DNA of 59,988 nucleotides, filler included, from Globobulimina sp. (GCA_003354225.1; 6 parts of 6 records of this genome joined end to end with filler, not necessarily neighbours in it), one strand, 5' to 3'; counted from the first letter of the whole stretch, positions 1-11,329 are shown. Numbers and translations: made by a program. Notes: generated by a model from the sequence alone, not told the origin.

Positions 1-165
1 CATGATCCAAAGCAATTGTTTCTTTTTCTAAAACATCATTTATTTATATAATTAATTTAATGATGACACGTAATATGATCATAAAATTACTAAACTATAT
101 GCATTTGCACTAGGACTGTCTCCATGATGAATAGTCAATGTTTTTTCAGACAATAGACAACTCAA

Positions 166-1202
166 ATGAGTGACATCGTCATGGCGACTGTAGACAACTT
201 GACACATACGAACTTCGGTCGTTATTTTATCGAAGTTTACGTGCAACGTTTTGAACATATCTACAAACTCTCACTTGGATGGGTCATCGAGCAAATCACA
301 TATCTCTATTACGATGAAACAGAATCGTTCTCTGCGCTTATCTGTGGCAAAAGATGTGAATTAAATAACACAAATCTTGAATGCACATTAAACTCAAAAG
401 GTGCAAGCACAGCATATGGAAATACCGCAATAACTAAAAGAAGCGATGTAAAGTCATATAAATGGACATTTAAAATAGTATCGAAAAAGTTAAACATGTT
501 TATTGGCATCGATTCCAACGCAAGATTCTCAAATACAGATTTTTCAAATTACTACAGAAGTTTTAGTACAACACAGGATGACATATTTTGTGCATATGAC
601 AGTGATGGAATAGTATATGATCACAAATCCTTAATTGCAGAGTCATATGGCTCTGCGTGGAAAACCGGTGACGTAATTGATATGGTCATCGATGCACAGC
701 GAGAAACGTTGAGTTATATTGTAAACGGACATGATCAAGGAATTGCATTGAAAGATCTAGAATTATCTGCTAAATCATATAGGATCGCAATAGCATTGTT
801 CTATCCCGGTGATTGTGTTCAAATCACGCATTTTTTTGTTGAATATGTTGCTGAATATGATAGCAACTCAATTGCAAGTGATGATGATGCAATTTGTGGT
901 TTAGATATTAATGCATTGCCAACATTGGACGGATATTTGTCAACCAAACAAAATGGTTCTTGGAAGCGTAAGTGTGTGTCATTGATGATGATGCTGGAAA
1001 GGAAAAAGAATTTGATATGGATTCAGCTGTGATTGTGATACAAATTGTGCCGATTACATTTTTAAAATCGCAAAGGAAGTTTTTGATGCAAACTGTTGCG
1101 CAAATTGGTGAAGATAAGCAATGGGTTTTTAAGGCGAACTCGCAAAATAGACGTGATCATTGGGTTAGTATCATACAGAGTTATATCAATACGTATCATT
1201 GA
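166..1202 (+). CDS. SPRY/B30.2-domain protein with a C-terminal PH-like domain split across two frames (166-1032 and 972-1202)
   Basis: SPRY-like motifs YKWTFKI, MFIGID and YGSAWKTGDVIDMVID...LSYIVNG.DQGIA. The PH-like start LDGYLSTKQNGSWKRK continues in another frame to WVFKANSQNRRDHWVSIIQ. Confidence 0.6.
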
Positions 1203-1418
1203 GTTGAATGTTTTGGTGGTTTTTGTGTTAATGTTCCCATGAAATAAATCTTTTTATACCACACGAATATTTAGGTCACTGTTGATATGTTTGAATGTGT
1301 TTGCTCGTTTTTTTTTGCCCATCTTCGGCTACCTCTAATAATAATAAAATAGGAAATCGTCGCCCACAACACAACTACAGCACCTACGTACCACTGCAGT
1401 CACAATTATCACTGCAGA

Positions 1419-1508
1419 CACAACTATTGAGCTAATTTATTGTGGAGAGCAATCAACTCCAAAAGTTGAAGTCCGACCACCACAATGAAAATTAGCTCAA
1501 TAGTTGTG
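1419..1508. repeat. Long intergenic inverted repeat / hairpin
   Basis: CACAACTATTGAGCTAATTT-ATTGTGG (1419-1445) pairs with CCACAAT-GA-AAATTAGCTCAATAGTTGTG (1480-1508): 20 perfect bp, a 2-nt bulge, then 7 bp. Inner stem TCAACT/AGTTGA. Confidence 0.8.
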
Positions 1509-1752
1509 ACCGAGCGAAGTCGTATAACATATTTCATTTGGGAGTTGTTGAAGTTTAATATGAAAAACACTATAAAGCAAATGCACATAAATTCATGCTC
1601 CTCCTCTTTTTTTTTTCATGATGTTTAATATTTCGCGTAATGCCCAATTACTATTCACTTGGTTGTGCCTGGAGTGCTGGATTCATTACGTCAAAGCATG
1701 CATAATTGGTTGAAATCATACTTTTAACAACTTAATTTATCTGAATTTTTAA

Positions 1753-2547
1753 ATGGGCAAAAAAGACAAAGATAAAAAAAAAGATAAAGATAAGAAAAAG
1801 GACAAAGATAAGAAGGACAAAAAGAAAGGAAAAAAGAAATCAGAAGAAAAAGAAGCCGCTGCACCTATAATAAATGCAAATGATGCCACGAAATGCAAAG
1901 AACATCAAACCGAATCATTGACATTATTTTGTGAATCGTGCAATAAATGCATTTGCAAAATTTGTCATGAAAACGGTTCTCATAAAAATGTAACACACTC
2001 AGTTAAAACAATCAAATCAATGTATTCCATAAATATATCATTATTAAATAATTTGATTGATTCCAAATTAAATATAAAAAAAGAAGACATAACAACGCAA
2101 ATTGAGAAAGTAAACAATTTAATTTCATTAATCCGAAATAAAAGATTAGAAATAGAAATAGAAACACATCGTGATTTTGATGCTATTTTCCAAAGATTAA
2201 AAGACGAACAATCACGAAAATTATCCATATTGCACGTTGATTTAACCACTTTACGAACAGTTTTAAATGAAATTGAAGATATAATGAAATCTACAAAACC
2301 TGCTGACAACAATACGGATATAAATATGATTGGGATTATTCATTGTTTAATAAAACCACAAGATTCATTCATCCGTTTCGACATAATCCACGTAAATATA
2401 TACAATGCGGTGAATATGAAAAGAAAAAAAACAGTCATCCTGCAAAATGGGGGAAAGTTGATGATGTTTATTCCAATATATCTAAAGTGCATTTCAAGCA
2501 ATGTGACAACTTACGTATTCGTTTATCTTGCTAGAGATAGGAAGTAG
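1753..2547 (+). CDS. B-box zinc finger / coiled-coil (TRIM-like) protein with a Lys/Asp-rich N-terminus; 3' end uncertain
   Basis: CKEHQTESLTLFCESCNKCICKICHENGSHKNVTH is a B-box2 pattern, followed by a heptad-rich helix. Coding appearance degrades after ~2330. Confidence 0.7.
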   Translation: MGKKDKDKKKDKDKKKDKDKKDKKKGKKKSEEKEAAAPIINANDATKCKEHQTESLTLFCESCNKCICKICHENGSHKNVTHSVKTIKSMYSINISLLNNLIDSKLNIKKEDITTQIEKVNNLISLIRNKRLEIEIETHRDFDAIFQRLKDEQSRKLSILHVDLTTLRTVLNEIEDIMKSTKPADNNTDINMIGIIHCLIKPQDSFIRFDIIHVNIYNAVNMKRKKTVILQNGGKLMMFIPIYLKCISSNVTTYVFVYLARDRK

Positions 2548-2785
2548 GATATCAGAAAACGATCAGATAATTGTCAGTAAATCTTTTTGTAAGTCAGATT
2601 TTGAAAACGCTGCAGCCTTTGGGGTCGCACCTTTTCATAAAAATGTGCGACGCCATAAAATGAAAAAGTAAGACACCACATAAAAAGAAAATGTGCGACG
2701 CCACACTCTTACTGCTATGAATAAACGTCTAAATGTGAATGTTAATACAGTAGAAAAGAAAAAAAAGAAATGTGTTAAATTATTT

Positions 2786-5700
2786 TTAGTGCGTTTTGTT
2801 GTTGGAATCGCATGAAATCAACACAGGTTGGCATTGATGCGAACAACTATCGACACTACAAATAATTTTATTTATGAACCAATCTTTGATGTGATCAAAA
2901 TGTCCGCCATGACCACATATCTGACACCAAATTAATAATTTTGGATGTTTTAGTTTTGCATAATCATTTTGATTATTATTGTTAATATTTAACAATGGTT
3001 GATTGCATATACTGCATCTTGCTATTTTATTACATTTGAAACAGCGATGATTACGCATTGTTTCTTTACATCGAATGCATTTAATAATTAATCTGTGTTG
3101 ACATAAAAAATACTTTCCAACTGATTCATAATGTTTTGTTAATTGATATATTTTGACTGCTTCAATCAATAACTTTGAGTGTAACAATAAATCTAAATAT
3201 GATAATATTATATCTGCGATCATATCCTGTTGTAGATATTGACAAATATACTCATTTAACATAATTATTATTGTCACTGCTGTTTGGATATCGCCACGAT
3301 CAATATTCTCATATAATACATCCCGGATATAATTAGTTACCATTCTGGACTCCTCTTTGTCCTCCTCCTCATTTATAAATGCATATTCATCATCGTTTAC
3401 AAACGCATTTTCTAAGATTTTCAACGGCGGCGTGCATATATAACTATTATTGCTTGAATTGCTTGAATTTAGTGATAAGTATGAATTTGAGGCAGACGAT
3501 GAGTTATTATTATTTTTAGCCATCCACCAATCATGGTCATCATCGTCAGACTCTTCGTCGTCAATTAGGTTAATATTTTTGTAGCATATTTTTTGCGTTT
3601 TATTAATATGAGCCTTTACTTTTGGCGATAAAATGTTTTTTAATAAAATCGCCAACAGATTCCATAAATGTGTCAGTTCATTGTTAGCAATATTTTGTGC
3701 AATTTTTGCATTTTGTAGACATATCCATGGTATTGACTTACCGCTCAATTTGTAATGTTTAGCTAAATACTTAAATGTAACCGACGAGTCCGATATATCA
3801 CTCTCTGACGTCGACAGTGGATAACATGTCAATTTTGTTTCAAATTCACTGAATGCATCAAAATTATGATTAAATATATCTGTTAATTGCATCAGTTTAC
3901 AAGTATGCAAACCAGACATCGCATTAACTTCTTTTCTTTCACTCTCATTCTCTTCATTCTTATTCTCATTCTCTTTCTTCTTTTTATTATCACTGCGTTT
4001 TGGAATCTTTTTCTTTTGGAATATCCCAAAAATACCAACACGCGATGATGATGGAATACATTCTGAATCAGAAGCAATTAAGTTATCATTTTTACCATTT
4101 AATTTATTCAAACGGAGACCAAAAGTATTAATATTCCCACTTAAACTCCTCCTTTTTTTCACCATTTTTTCAGATGTTGGCGTTTTCAGTCTCAAATGAC
4201 TCAAATCTTTTATACCCAGCTTTAAACGTTGAATATTATCCGCACATAACGCGCCCATTGACGCTGCTTTCGGCAAAGTCGCTGGTTCGCCATTATTCTT
4301 TCCATATTTATTAGTATAGGTTTCCTGATCGAAGGGATGCAATTTTTGTCGGGGCACCGATACAAAACAGCTATTCCCAAAAGGAGCAACATCCAAAGCA
4401 CAACTCGATAAATGAGATCGAGGAATATCTGCAAAGCCACAATCCGTTAATCGGGCAGTTTTATCCTTTGAACAGGTGATTAAATATGTTCGCATATCAT
4501 TATGTTGCCTTTTTTTATTACTATCCACAAGATCGTCCACCATGTCATCATAATTCCGAAACGGTTTATCTTTCAAAATAAATTTAAATTTAGTTTCAGA
4601 TTCGTGACTGGATAGCCTGGCCACGGGAACATAGGAAGATTTGATATCCCACATCTCCACTACTTGTTGACTGCCAACATAGCAGCAAGCGATCTGGTTC
4701 GCGGACAGACTCTGTGGGTCTTTGCAGGGTCTCCATCCAATCTGAGACACGTGAGCTGAGGGATACATTGAACACTCGGGCTCCAAGAAACTCACTGCTT
4801 TGTAGCCCTCGTAGGTATAGGAAGGAGAGCTGTACATATCTGACACACTTAATCTGTAATCATCTTCGTAATTATAGTTTCGATGCGAGTGTTGACTCAT
4901 TTCCGTCCAGTAATCGTAATATTTCTGCTGCGCCACTTTATCATCAGTCAGGTTCCATATTTTGATGGTAATGTCGCGATATCCGCAAGAAGCGATTACA
5001 TTGGGAATGGCTGGATGCCAATCTATACAATTGATGGATGATTTGTGTGCGGTTATGGTTAAGAATGGGCATTTCTCATTGCGAATGTCCCAGATGTTGA
5101 CGGTACCGTTTTTGTGTGAGGATGCAAACAAATTGTCATTGAATGGTGAGATTTTGACTGACAATGCGGATGAAGATTTGTTAAATGATTTGCCACCGCG
5201 GAAGTTACTGTCCAGTCGGCCTTCGATTCGGGTGTCCCATAAATAGCATTTGCCGTCTTCTGCTCCACATAATACATTTTGTGTGTTTTTTATCCAGGTC
5301 ACTTTGTGAACTCTTTGCTTCAATGGACAATTGGTCAAAGCAATGCATCCACGTCCTTTGAGATTTAAGTTCAAAACACTTAATGTTCCAGACCTTGTAC
5401 ATGATATTAATTTGGATGGATCGCCATAATAAAACTGTGCATCCACTGCACCATATTTCAAGCGTGATTCTTTCCGGCCGCGTGCCTTCAAATCGCGCAA
5501 CTGCTCAAAAGAGCCATAGGGAGTAATTTTCAATAAAGCCATACTATTACGGCTAAATAATGCAACCCATTGTTGATCAGTGGAAACAGTTAAACAGTCC
5601 CATTCAGATTGCAATGGGATTTCACATCTACCTTTTTTTATCGCTCTGTTATCGCTTGGAATTGCAATTTTATCCTTATTGCAACCCAATGGCAGCTGTT

Positions 5701-6763
5701 GTACATGAACACGTTTCTGTTTTTGCAATTGCCGTTTTCTTTTACTTTTACTGGTTGATAATGTTGATAATGATCGAGGATAATGGTGAGACAGCGAAGG
5801 CGATGTATTTTTTAGATAATTGACGCTTTTAACACGTGGTAAATGGCTCGCGATCGAGTTATTATTTATACACTGTGCGTCCTGTCCAACGTATGTTAAT
5901 AAGCCATCTTGGTTTTTAAGAATTGCATTGCTTTCTGGAATAGCAACACTTTTAAATATAATATTATTTATATTATTGTCATCGATATCTGTATTACTTG
6001 TATTGGTTGAGACTGATGATGGCGACGTATCATTTCTTTGTGCGGTGCTATTTTCAATATACGTATGCGGATAACTGGGTGGATGATGACGGACACATAA
6101 ACTGTTTGACATGGTAGATATTGCCGGATTTGATTGGATTTTACGTAATTTATTCTGATGTGTTTGTGTATGGGGTAAGTTTAAACGATACAAGCGAGTG
6201 AGCATAGCTTTTGTAGCTTCCTCATCATCGCTATCTTCGTGGACTGATGACATTGGGCCTAATATATCTCGTATTGATGAACCTGATAAACTGGCAATGA
6301 CATTAACATTTGGTGGCAGCATTGATTTATTTTCAAGTAAGTTAGACATTGAATCATCATCGTCATCGTCATCGTCAATAATATCAATATCTAAATCAGT
6401 CATATTGTCGCCAATGGAGATGTTATGTGAATATGAATGTGAACGCGAATGTGATTGCGATGATGGTGAGGCTGAAGCTGACGTCCAGTTTTTATTTATT
6501 TTTGGTTTAATTGAGGTTATATTTGGTATGGTTGACTTTGCTGCTGATTGTTTTTTTAGAATAATTGTTGATTTTGAACGTGACATATTTTGTCGAGGAG
6601 ATTTTGTTTGTATTGAAGTTGCATTTAAAGTTAATGGCACCGGGTGATGATTGTGAACAAGACCTAAAGATGGTTGTGAACGTCGCGGCGATTTCGCTAT
6701 TTTTGTACTGCTTTTTTTACGCAATGATAACCGTTTGGTAGTTTTCTGTCTATTCGTTGACAT
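2786..6763 (-). CDS. WDR24: GATOR2/SEA complex subunit WDR24 (Sea2/Rtc1)
   Basis: WD40 repeats (LWD, IWD, IWN); LAKHYKLSG...CLQNAKIA and GDIQTAV segments; C-terminal Zn/RING CSIC...WCQICGHGGHFDHIKDWF...CSHQC. WCQ.C.HGGH favours WDR24 over WDR59. Confidence 0.85.
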   Translation of the reverse strand: MSTNRQKTTKRLSLRKKSSTKIAKSPRRSQPSLGLVHNHHPVPLTLNATSIQTKSPRQNMSRSKSTIILKKQSAAKSTIPNITSIKPKINKNWTSASASPSSQSHSRSHSYSHNISIGDNMTDLDIDIIDDDDDDDDSMSNLLENKSMLPPNVNVIASLSGSSIRDILGPMSSVHEDSDDEEATKAMLTRLYRLNLPHTQTHQNKLRKIQSNPAISTMSNSLCVRHHPPSYPHTYIENSTAQRNDTSPSSVSTNTSNTDIDDNNINNIIFKSVAIPESNAILKNQDGLLTYVGQDAQCINNNSIASHLPRVKSVNYLKNTSPSLSHHYPRSLSTLSTSKSKRKRQLQKQKRVHVQQLPLGCNKDKIAIPSDNRAIKKGRCEIPLQSEWDCLTVSTDQQWVALFSRNSMALLKITPYGSFEQLRDLKARGRKESRLKYGAVDAQFYYGDPSKLISCTRSGTLSVLNLNLKGRGCIALTNCPLKQRVHKVTWIKNTQNVLCGAEDGKCYLWDTRIEGRLDSNFRGGKSFNKSSSALSVKISPFNDNLFASSHKNGTVNIWDIRNEKCPFLTITAHKSSINCIDWHPAIPNVIASCGYRDITIKIWNLTDDKVAQQKYYDYWTEMSQHSHRNYNYEDDYRLSVSDMYSSPSYTYEGYKAVSFLEPECSMYPSAHVSQIGWRPCKDPQSLSANQIACCYVGSQQVVEMWDIKSSYVPVARLSSHESETKFKFILKDKPFRNYDDMVDDLVDSNKKRQHNDMRTYLITCSKDKTARLTDCGFADIPRSHLSSCALDVAPFGNSCFVSVPRQKLHPFDQETYTNKYGKNNGEPATLPKAASMGALCADNIQRLKLGIKDLSHLRLKTPTSEKMVKKRRSLSGNINTFGLRLNKLNGKNDNLIASDSECIPSSSRVGIFGIFQKKKIPKRSDNKKKKENENKNEENESERKEVNAMSGLHTCKLMQLTDIFNHNFDAFSEFETKLTCYPLSTSESDISDSSVTFKYLAKHYKLSGKSIPWICLQNAKIAQNIANNELTHLWNLLAILLKNILSPKVKAHINKTQKICYKNINLIDDEESDDDDHDWWMAKNNNNSSSASNSYLSLNSSNSSNNSYICTPPLKILENAFVNDDEYAFINEEEDKEESRMVTNYIRDVLYENIDRGDIQTAVTIIIMLNEYICQYLQQDMIADIILSYLDLLLHSKLLIEAVKIYQLTKHYESVGKYFLCQHRLIIKCIRCKETMRNHRCFKCNKIARCSICNQPLLNINNNNQNDYAKLKHPKLLIWCQICGHGGHFDHIKDWFINKIICSVDSCSHQCQPVLISCDSNNKTH

Positions 6764-7078
6764 TGTTCCGTCGAAATTAACAAGGGCTACATTTTCACAA
6801 AATATTATATTGTGCGGGATAAGAATCTGACGAGTTGAGTTTTGAACAACTGTCTGGACACTGCCAGTGTAGCTGAACGATATATTCCAAAAGATAACAC
6901 ATTATAAGTTGTATACATTTTACTCAATTATCTGAGAAACGCTTTGCAAATCTAGAACAAAGTCAGAACAAATTTATAATTGAATTTTCGGTATACAAAC
7001 AGGGGGGTTATCTTTTGGAATATATCGTTGAGTGTATGATTATGCATCATCCAAGAGATTAAATAAAAAAAACTCAAT

Positions 7079-8611
7079 TTAACAATATCTACGATTTTTG
7101 CGATTAATAATTCGTTGTTTTCGTCGTTGAACCCGTAATGAATTTGTTTTTGGTTTTTGAAAAGTTTTATGGATAAACTCAATTTTTGAAATTGAAATAA
7201 GTTTACATTGATAAACAGAAAATGCTTTTAATGGAAATGAATTTATTTGATTTAGATCCAATATAACATCAATATCATCATTTGAAATATGATTAATTTG
7301 TGACAAATCCAATGATTTTAAATTATTATTTGATAAGGAATTAATTAAAAAATTATCACAATGAAATAATAATTCTAAATTTAACAAATTACATCCTCGC
7401 AATTCAATAATCTCAACGGTAAAGGGTGGAATTGCTAATAACTGCAAAAACTTACAATTGTTACAATTTATCTCGTGTAATTTATAAGTATTTTCACAGC
7501 GAACTTCCCTTAAATTCAGACATTGTGTTAAATTTAAAGAGGTCAAATATGGTATTTTTAATGATACGAATCTTAAACTTTTACAATTAGATAAGTTAAT
7601 ATCTAATTTAATATTATTGTCAGCAATGCTTAATATCAACTCTTGTAATGACGGATTTGAGGATAAATTTAATTGTTGAATATGTTTTGCATTTGAAAAA
7701 CACTGCGAAATCTTCCCATACGCGGCACCTTTCCATTCAATATTTATTATCGATTTCTTGTATTTTACCAATTGGTTCACGCCATATTTTGTGATTTGTG
7801 GGGTATTGTTTATATAAATCGTATTTAATTTATTATTCACATTCAATTCAATAATATTTGTCATTGCTAAATCAGTGATTTCAATACAATTTGAGATATC
7901 AAATATTTCTAAATTCATAAACGCCTCCATCAGAATTGCAATATCCTCGTCATATAAATTTATGGAACAGCTTAGATTTAAATATTTGATATTTCGCTTT
8001 ATTTTATCTGTAATTAATTTCAATGAATACCATTTTGTGAAATGTGTGCTGCGTAAACTCAAAGAATGTAAATATTGGAATGCATTTATATGTGATATTA
8101 ATCGCAGTTCATCGTCTGCTATTTTATTAAATTTTTTTTTTTTTAAACAATTGTGGTAAAAATAACTGAAATCATACTCGTCAATTTTACTTAGTAACGA
8201 TTTTGATAATAAACGACATTCTCGGTTTAAACGTGTTATTTTGCCCAATGTCATTGGTAAATTAAATGAAAATATATGAGATAGAATGTGTGTTGGAGTT
8301 GATCGAAAATAATTAATTTTATTTAGATTTATTTGTTGTTGTGATGTATTGTTTCTGCTAAGATTTATACTTTCAATGATTATGTTGATAGGTATTTGTT
8401 GACAATCATTTGATGCTTGCTTTCTTGTTAAGTATTCCACTGTTTTTGTAATGGATCCACAGCATTTTGCACTGTAAGTGTGGTATAATTGTGCAGAGTC
8501 CATTGACGGAAACATTTCAATTAAATCCGTTGGTAAACGGTCATGAAATGGTGCTGATGATAACTTTGATTTTTTGAATTTACCCCAAAATGATTTTGAT
8601 GCCTCAGCCAT
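7079..8611 (-). CDS. F-box/leucine-rich-repeat protein (FBXL-like) with a probable N-terminal CUE-like domain
   Basis: F-box-like PTHILSHIFSF...LNREC; cysteine-containing LRRs (LNLSCS, FDISNCIEITD, LNLTQCLNL); LIEMFP motif near the N-terminus. Confidence 0.75.
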   Translation of the reverse strand: MAEASKSFWGKFKKSKLSSAPFHDRLPTDLIEMFPSMDSAQLYHTYSAKCCGSITKTVEYLTRKQASNDCQQIPINIIIESINLSRNNTSQQQINLNKINYFRSTPTHILSHIFSFNLPMTLGKITRLNRECRLLSKSLLSKIDEYDFSYFYHNCLKKKKFNKIADDELRLISHINAFQYLHSLSLRSTHFTKWYSLKLITDKIKRNIKYLNLSCSINLYDEDIAILMEAFMNLEIFDISNCIEITDLAMTNIIELNVNNKLNTIYINNTPQITKYGVNQLVKYKKSIINIEWKGAAYGKISQCFSNAKHIQQLNLSSNPSLQELILSIADNNIKLDINLSNCKSLRFVSLKIPYLTSLNLTQCLNLREVRCENTYKLHEINCNNCKFLQLLAIPPFTVEIIELRGCNLLNLELLFHCDNFLINSLSNNNLKSLDLSQINHISNDDIDVILDLNQINSFPLKAFSVYQCKLISISKIEFIHKTFQKPKTNSLRVQRRKQRIINRKNRRYC

Positions 8612-8836
8612 GTGGTTTGATAAAGCTATCTGACGCTGACTAGATCACTTCAAGAAAAGTTTTCAAATTTATGGAGACGATCTGGAAACACAACACCATC
8701 TACGAAAAACACGGGACGATCCTAGCACTTATTGGTTACGAAAACACCAGACGAAAATAGAAAAAAGAAAGAAAAAAGGTGAAAGTGAAATTATATATTT
8801 ACATAACAGCCAAAAATAGTGTCAAATGAAATGCAT

Positions 8837-10093
8837 TTATTTTGACTTAATTTCTTGAACATAGCCATGCCTATTTACGTCGTATCGCTTTGCTTTTTGA
8901 ACTTTATTTTTATTTTGTGTTTCTAACTGATTCTGTTGTTTAACAATCGTTTGCATCAAAATATCCGTAGTATAGTTTGAATCAGTTTTGATCTGTTTAA
9001 ATATACCAAGTTGTTGCGGTATACGATATCGATCCATTTCATTTTCAGCAAATTTTGTATTTGGAGTCATAACAACATATTTAACATTTAATGATTTTAA
9101 TACTTGCTTTGTAATTTTCCAGGGTGCGCCAATTAAAATATCATCCACATATTTGCAGCTTAATACATTCAATACACGTTCTTGCAAATTCATCAGTGGG
9201 AAATTGTTACCTTTTCTGAATCTCACAGTCTCGTCATCGTATAATCCAACGTACAAAAATGTTCCTAATGCTTTGGCCTTTTTTAAAGCGGCAATATGTC
9301 CGATATGAAATAAATCAAATACACCGTCGATATAAACCACAACATCATTTTTTGTCGGCGTAGTGTTGTTTGAAAATGCAGATATTCGGGAAGATGACGC
9401 TAAAAAGGAAGACCATGACGAAGTTAATTCGACATGTTTTGTTTTCTCCTCATCCTTACCATATTTATCATATTTTGCTGCATCATTGGCGCCGGCACCG
9501 CTACTACGCGCTGCCTCCAATAATCGGTGTATTAAATGAGTTGTCGACACCCCCGGAGTACGACGAAATATCTTTAATTTATCCATTACGGTATGATAGG
9601 CACTATGGCCATTGGCTGCATATGGTATATCATCGCCATGTGCCACATAATCACAATTCAATTTCTTTAATAAGTCACGTGATGGTACGTAAGGTACATC
9701 AAATACTACTTCATCTGCCCATTTACAAGCGCGTACTGCTGCCATTCTTTGCTCGTTCTTCATTACTGGCTCCCGTTTATGCCTTGCTATCTCTGCATCG
9801 TTATGTACTCCTACAACTAACACTGAATTTAAATACAAGGCTTTTGCTTGGCGGAGCGCATTATAATGTCCGCTGTGCATAACATCCCAACATCCGTCTA
9901 CATAAATCCGTACTTTTTTTTGCTCGCTAACTCTTTTATCGCAACTTTCATTCTCTTCAATTTCTCTTATTTCATTTGCTTTAATTGGTGTAATTCTAAT
10001 TTTAATATCCCTTGCACTATCACCCATTATCAAAAAATACATTACAATTGCTCCAATGCAAAATGTTGCTACGTAGGCTACAACAACATCCAT
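8837..10093 (-). CDS. PCYT2: Ethanolamine-phosphate cytidylyltransferase with an N-terminal membrane anchor
   Basis: Two cytidylyltransferase domains with HxGH motifs (DGCWDVMHSGH, DGVFDLFHIGH), RTPGVSTT, and a hydrophobic N-terminus. Confidence 0.92.
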   Translation of the reverse strand: MDVVVAYVATFCIGAIVMYFLIMGDSARDIKIRITPIKANEIREIEENESCDKRVSEQKKVRIYVDGCWDVMHSGHYNALRQAKALYLNSVLVVGVHNDAEIARHKREPVMKNEQRMAAVRACKWADEVVFDVPYVPSRDLLKKLNCDYVAHGDDIPYAANGHSAYHTVMDKLKIFRRTPGVSTTHLIHRLLEAARSSGAGANDAAKYDKYGKDEEKTKHVELTSSWSSFLASSSRISAFSNNTTPTKNDVVVYIDGVFDLFHIGHIAALKKAKALGTFLYVGLYDDETVRFRKGNNFPLMNLQERVLNVLSCKYVDDILIGAPWKITKQVLKSLNVKYVVMTPNTKFAENEMDRYRIPQQLGIFKQIKTDSNYTTDILMQTIVKQQNQLETQNKNKVQKAKRYDVNRHGYVQEIKSK

Positions 10094-10124
10094 TACTAAA
10101 TTAAGTAAAATTAAGTTGAAAAAA

Positions 10125-10224
10125 NNNNNNNNNNNNNNNNNNNNNNNNNNNNNNNNNNNNNNNNNNNNTTAATTAATTAANNNNNNNNNNNNNNNNNNNN
10201 NNNNNNNNNNNNNNNNNNNNNNNN
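10125..10224. other. Artificial contig linker
   Basis: N44-TTAATTAATTAA-N44, giving stops in all six frames. Confidence 0.99.
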
Positions 10225-10277
10225 GTGGACAACAAGAATTACAAGATTTTAATTTCAACATTGCCGCAGATCACAAA

Positions 10278-11305
10278 ATGAGTTTATGTGGTTGTATTGC
10301 GGTAAACCATTTTAAATGGTTTTATCGCATATTACAATACATGCCAATGTGGACAGTTCAAATACCAAATCCTGCGAATAAAAAATTACAGTCTCGATCT
10401 AGAACGCGGAATTGGTTGGCATTACTGTTATTGGTTGCAGCTTTAGGATATATTAGTTTTGTGTGGATGATTTGGAACGGCAGATTACACCAAGCATCAT
10501 CCATTGGTTATGTACAAACATTATTGTTTAACGTAATATACTCATCATGGCAATTTTTATTCTTACTAACCAGATATTGCGGTGTTTTACATTTTGCAAA
10601 TTGTGCGTGCTTTCAATGCATATTTAGCAGACGTGACAACAAACAAAAATGTGATATAAATGATGACATCGACGACAAAAGTTATACACTGCATCAGTAC
10701 GGGTTTCAGTATGATTGGCTTTTCGGTGGAGTTTATTCTGATAAATATGCAGAATGCAAATTATATTATTCACAACAATCAAAATTTACAAATAAGGTGA
10801 TAATGTGCTTCATGTTTGTATACATTGTATGTATTGGTTGCCATTCTTCGACATATTATTATTATGATTTTCTTCAACATTCATGGATGGAAGGAATAAA
10901 TGATGCGATGGCAGTATTTTTTTTATGGATTCCAAATTGTTTAACACAAATGTGTCCAATGTTAATTTTGTTAAAATATCAAATTTCATTATATACATTA
11001 AATGTATATTTGAAAAAAAAAGAAGCAACTTCAACTGTATTGGATTTGTATGCAAAATTATTCATTGCATTCGAAAAAGATATCGATTTTTGGGTATATT
11101 ATGTAAGTGGGCAAATATTTTGTTTTGGTCTCCATACATGGTCGAGTATAAATGAACTGTTTCATGACAATTTATATTGGTTCAATACCTTCCATATTCT
11201 TATTTGTATCCCGTATTATTTTGCTCCCGTTTTTTTTTTGATTGTAATATCACATAACTTATCTGGTGAATTTTACAAATTTATGCAAAGAGTGAGCTAT
11301 AAGAT
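10278..11305 (+). pseudogene. Multi-pass membrane protein (7TM gustatory-receptor-like), 5' part; interrupted by retrotransposon 1
   Basis: About six hydrophobic helices. The frame runs into the TSD at 11295-11305 and resumes in frame after 19838. Confidence 0.7.
11295..11305 (+). repeat. Target-site duplication, left copy (A)GCTATAAGAT
   Basis: Identical to 19828-19838; 10-11 bp, with the first A ambiguous against the poly(A). Confidence 0.93.
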
Positions 11306-11329
11306 CTTCAAAACTTTAAGAAATCAATT
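11306..11329 (+). repeat. Terminal inverted repeat, left arm (24 bp)
   Basis: CTTCAAAACTTTAAGAAATCAATT is the exact reverse complement of 19791-19814. Confidence 0.95.

Noticed and set aside
2620-2705. AAAATGTGCGACGCCA direct repeats as a CRISPR-like array
   Set aside because: Only two copies, eukaryotic context, and no cas genes; a simple local duplication.
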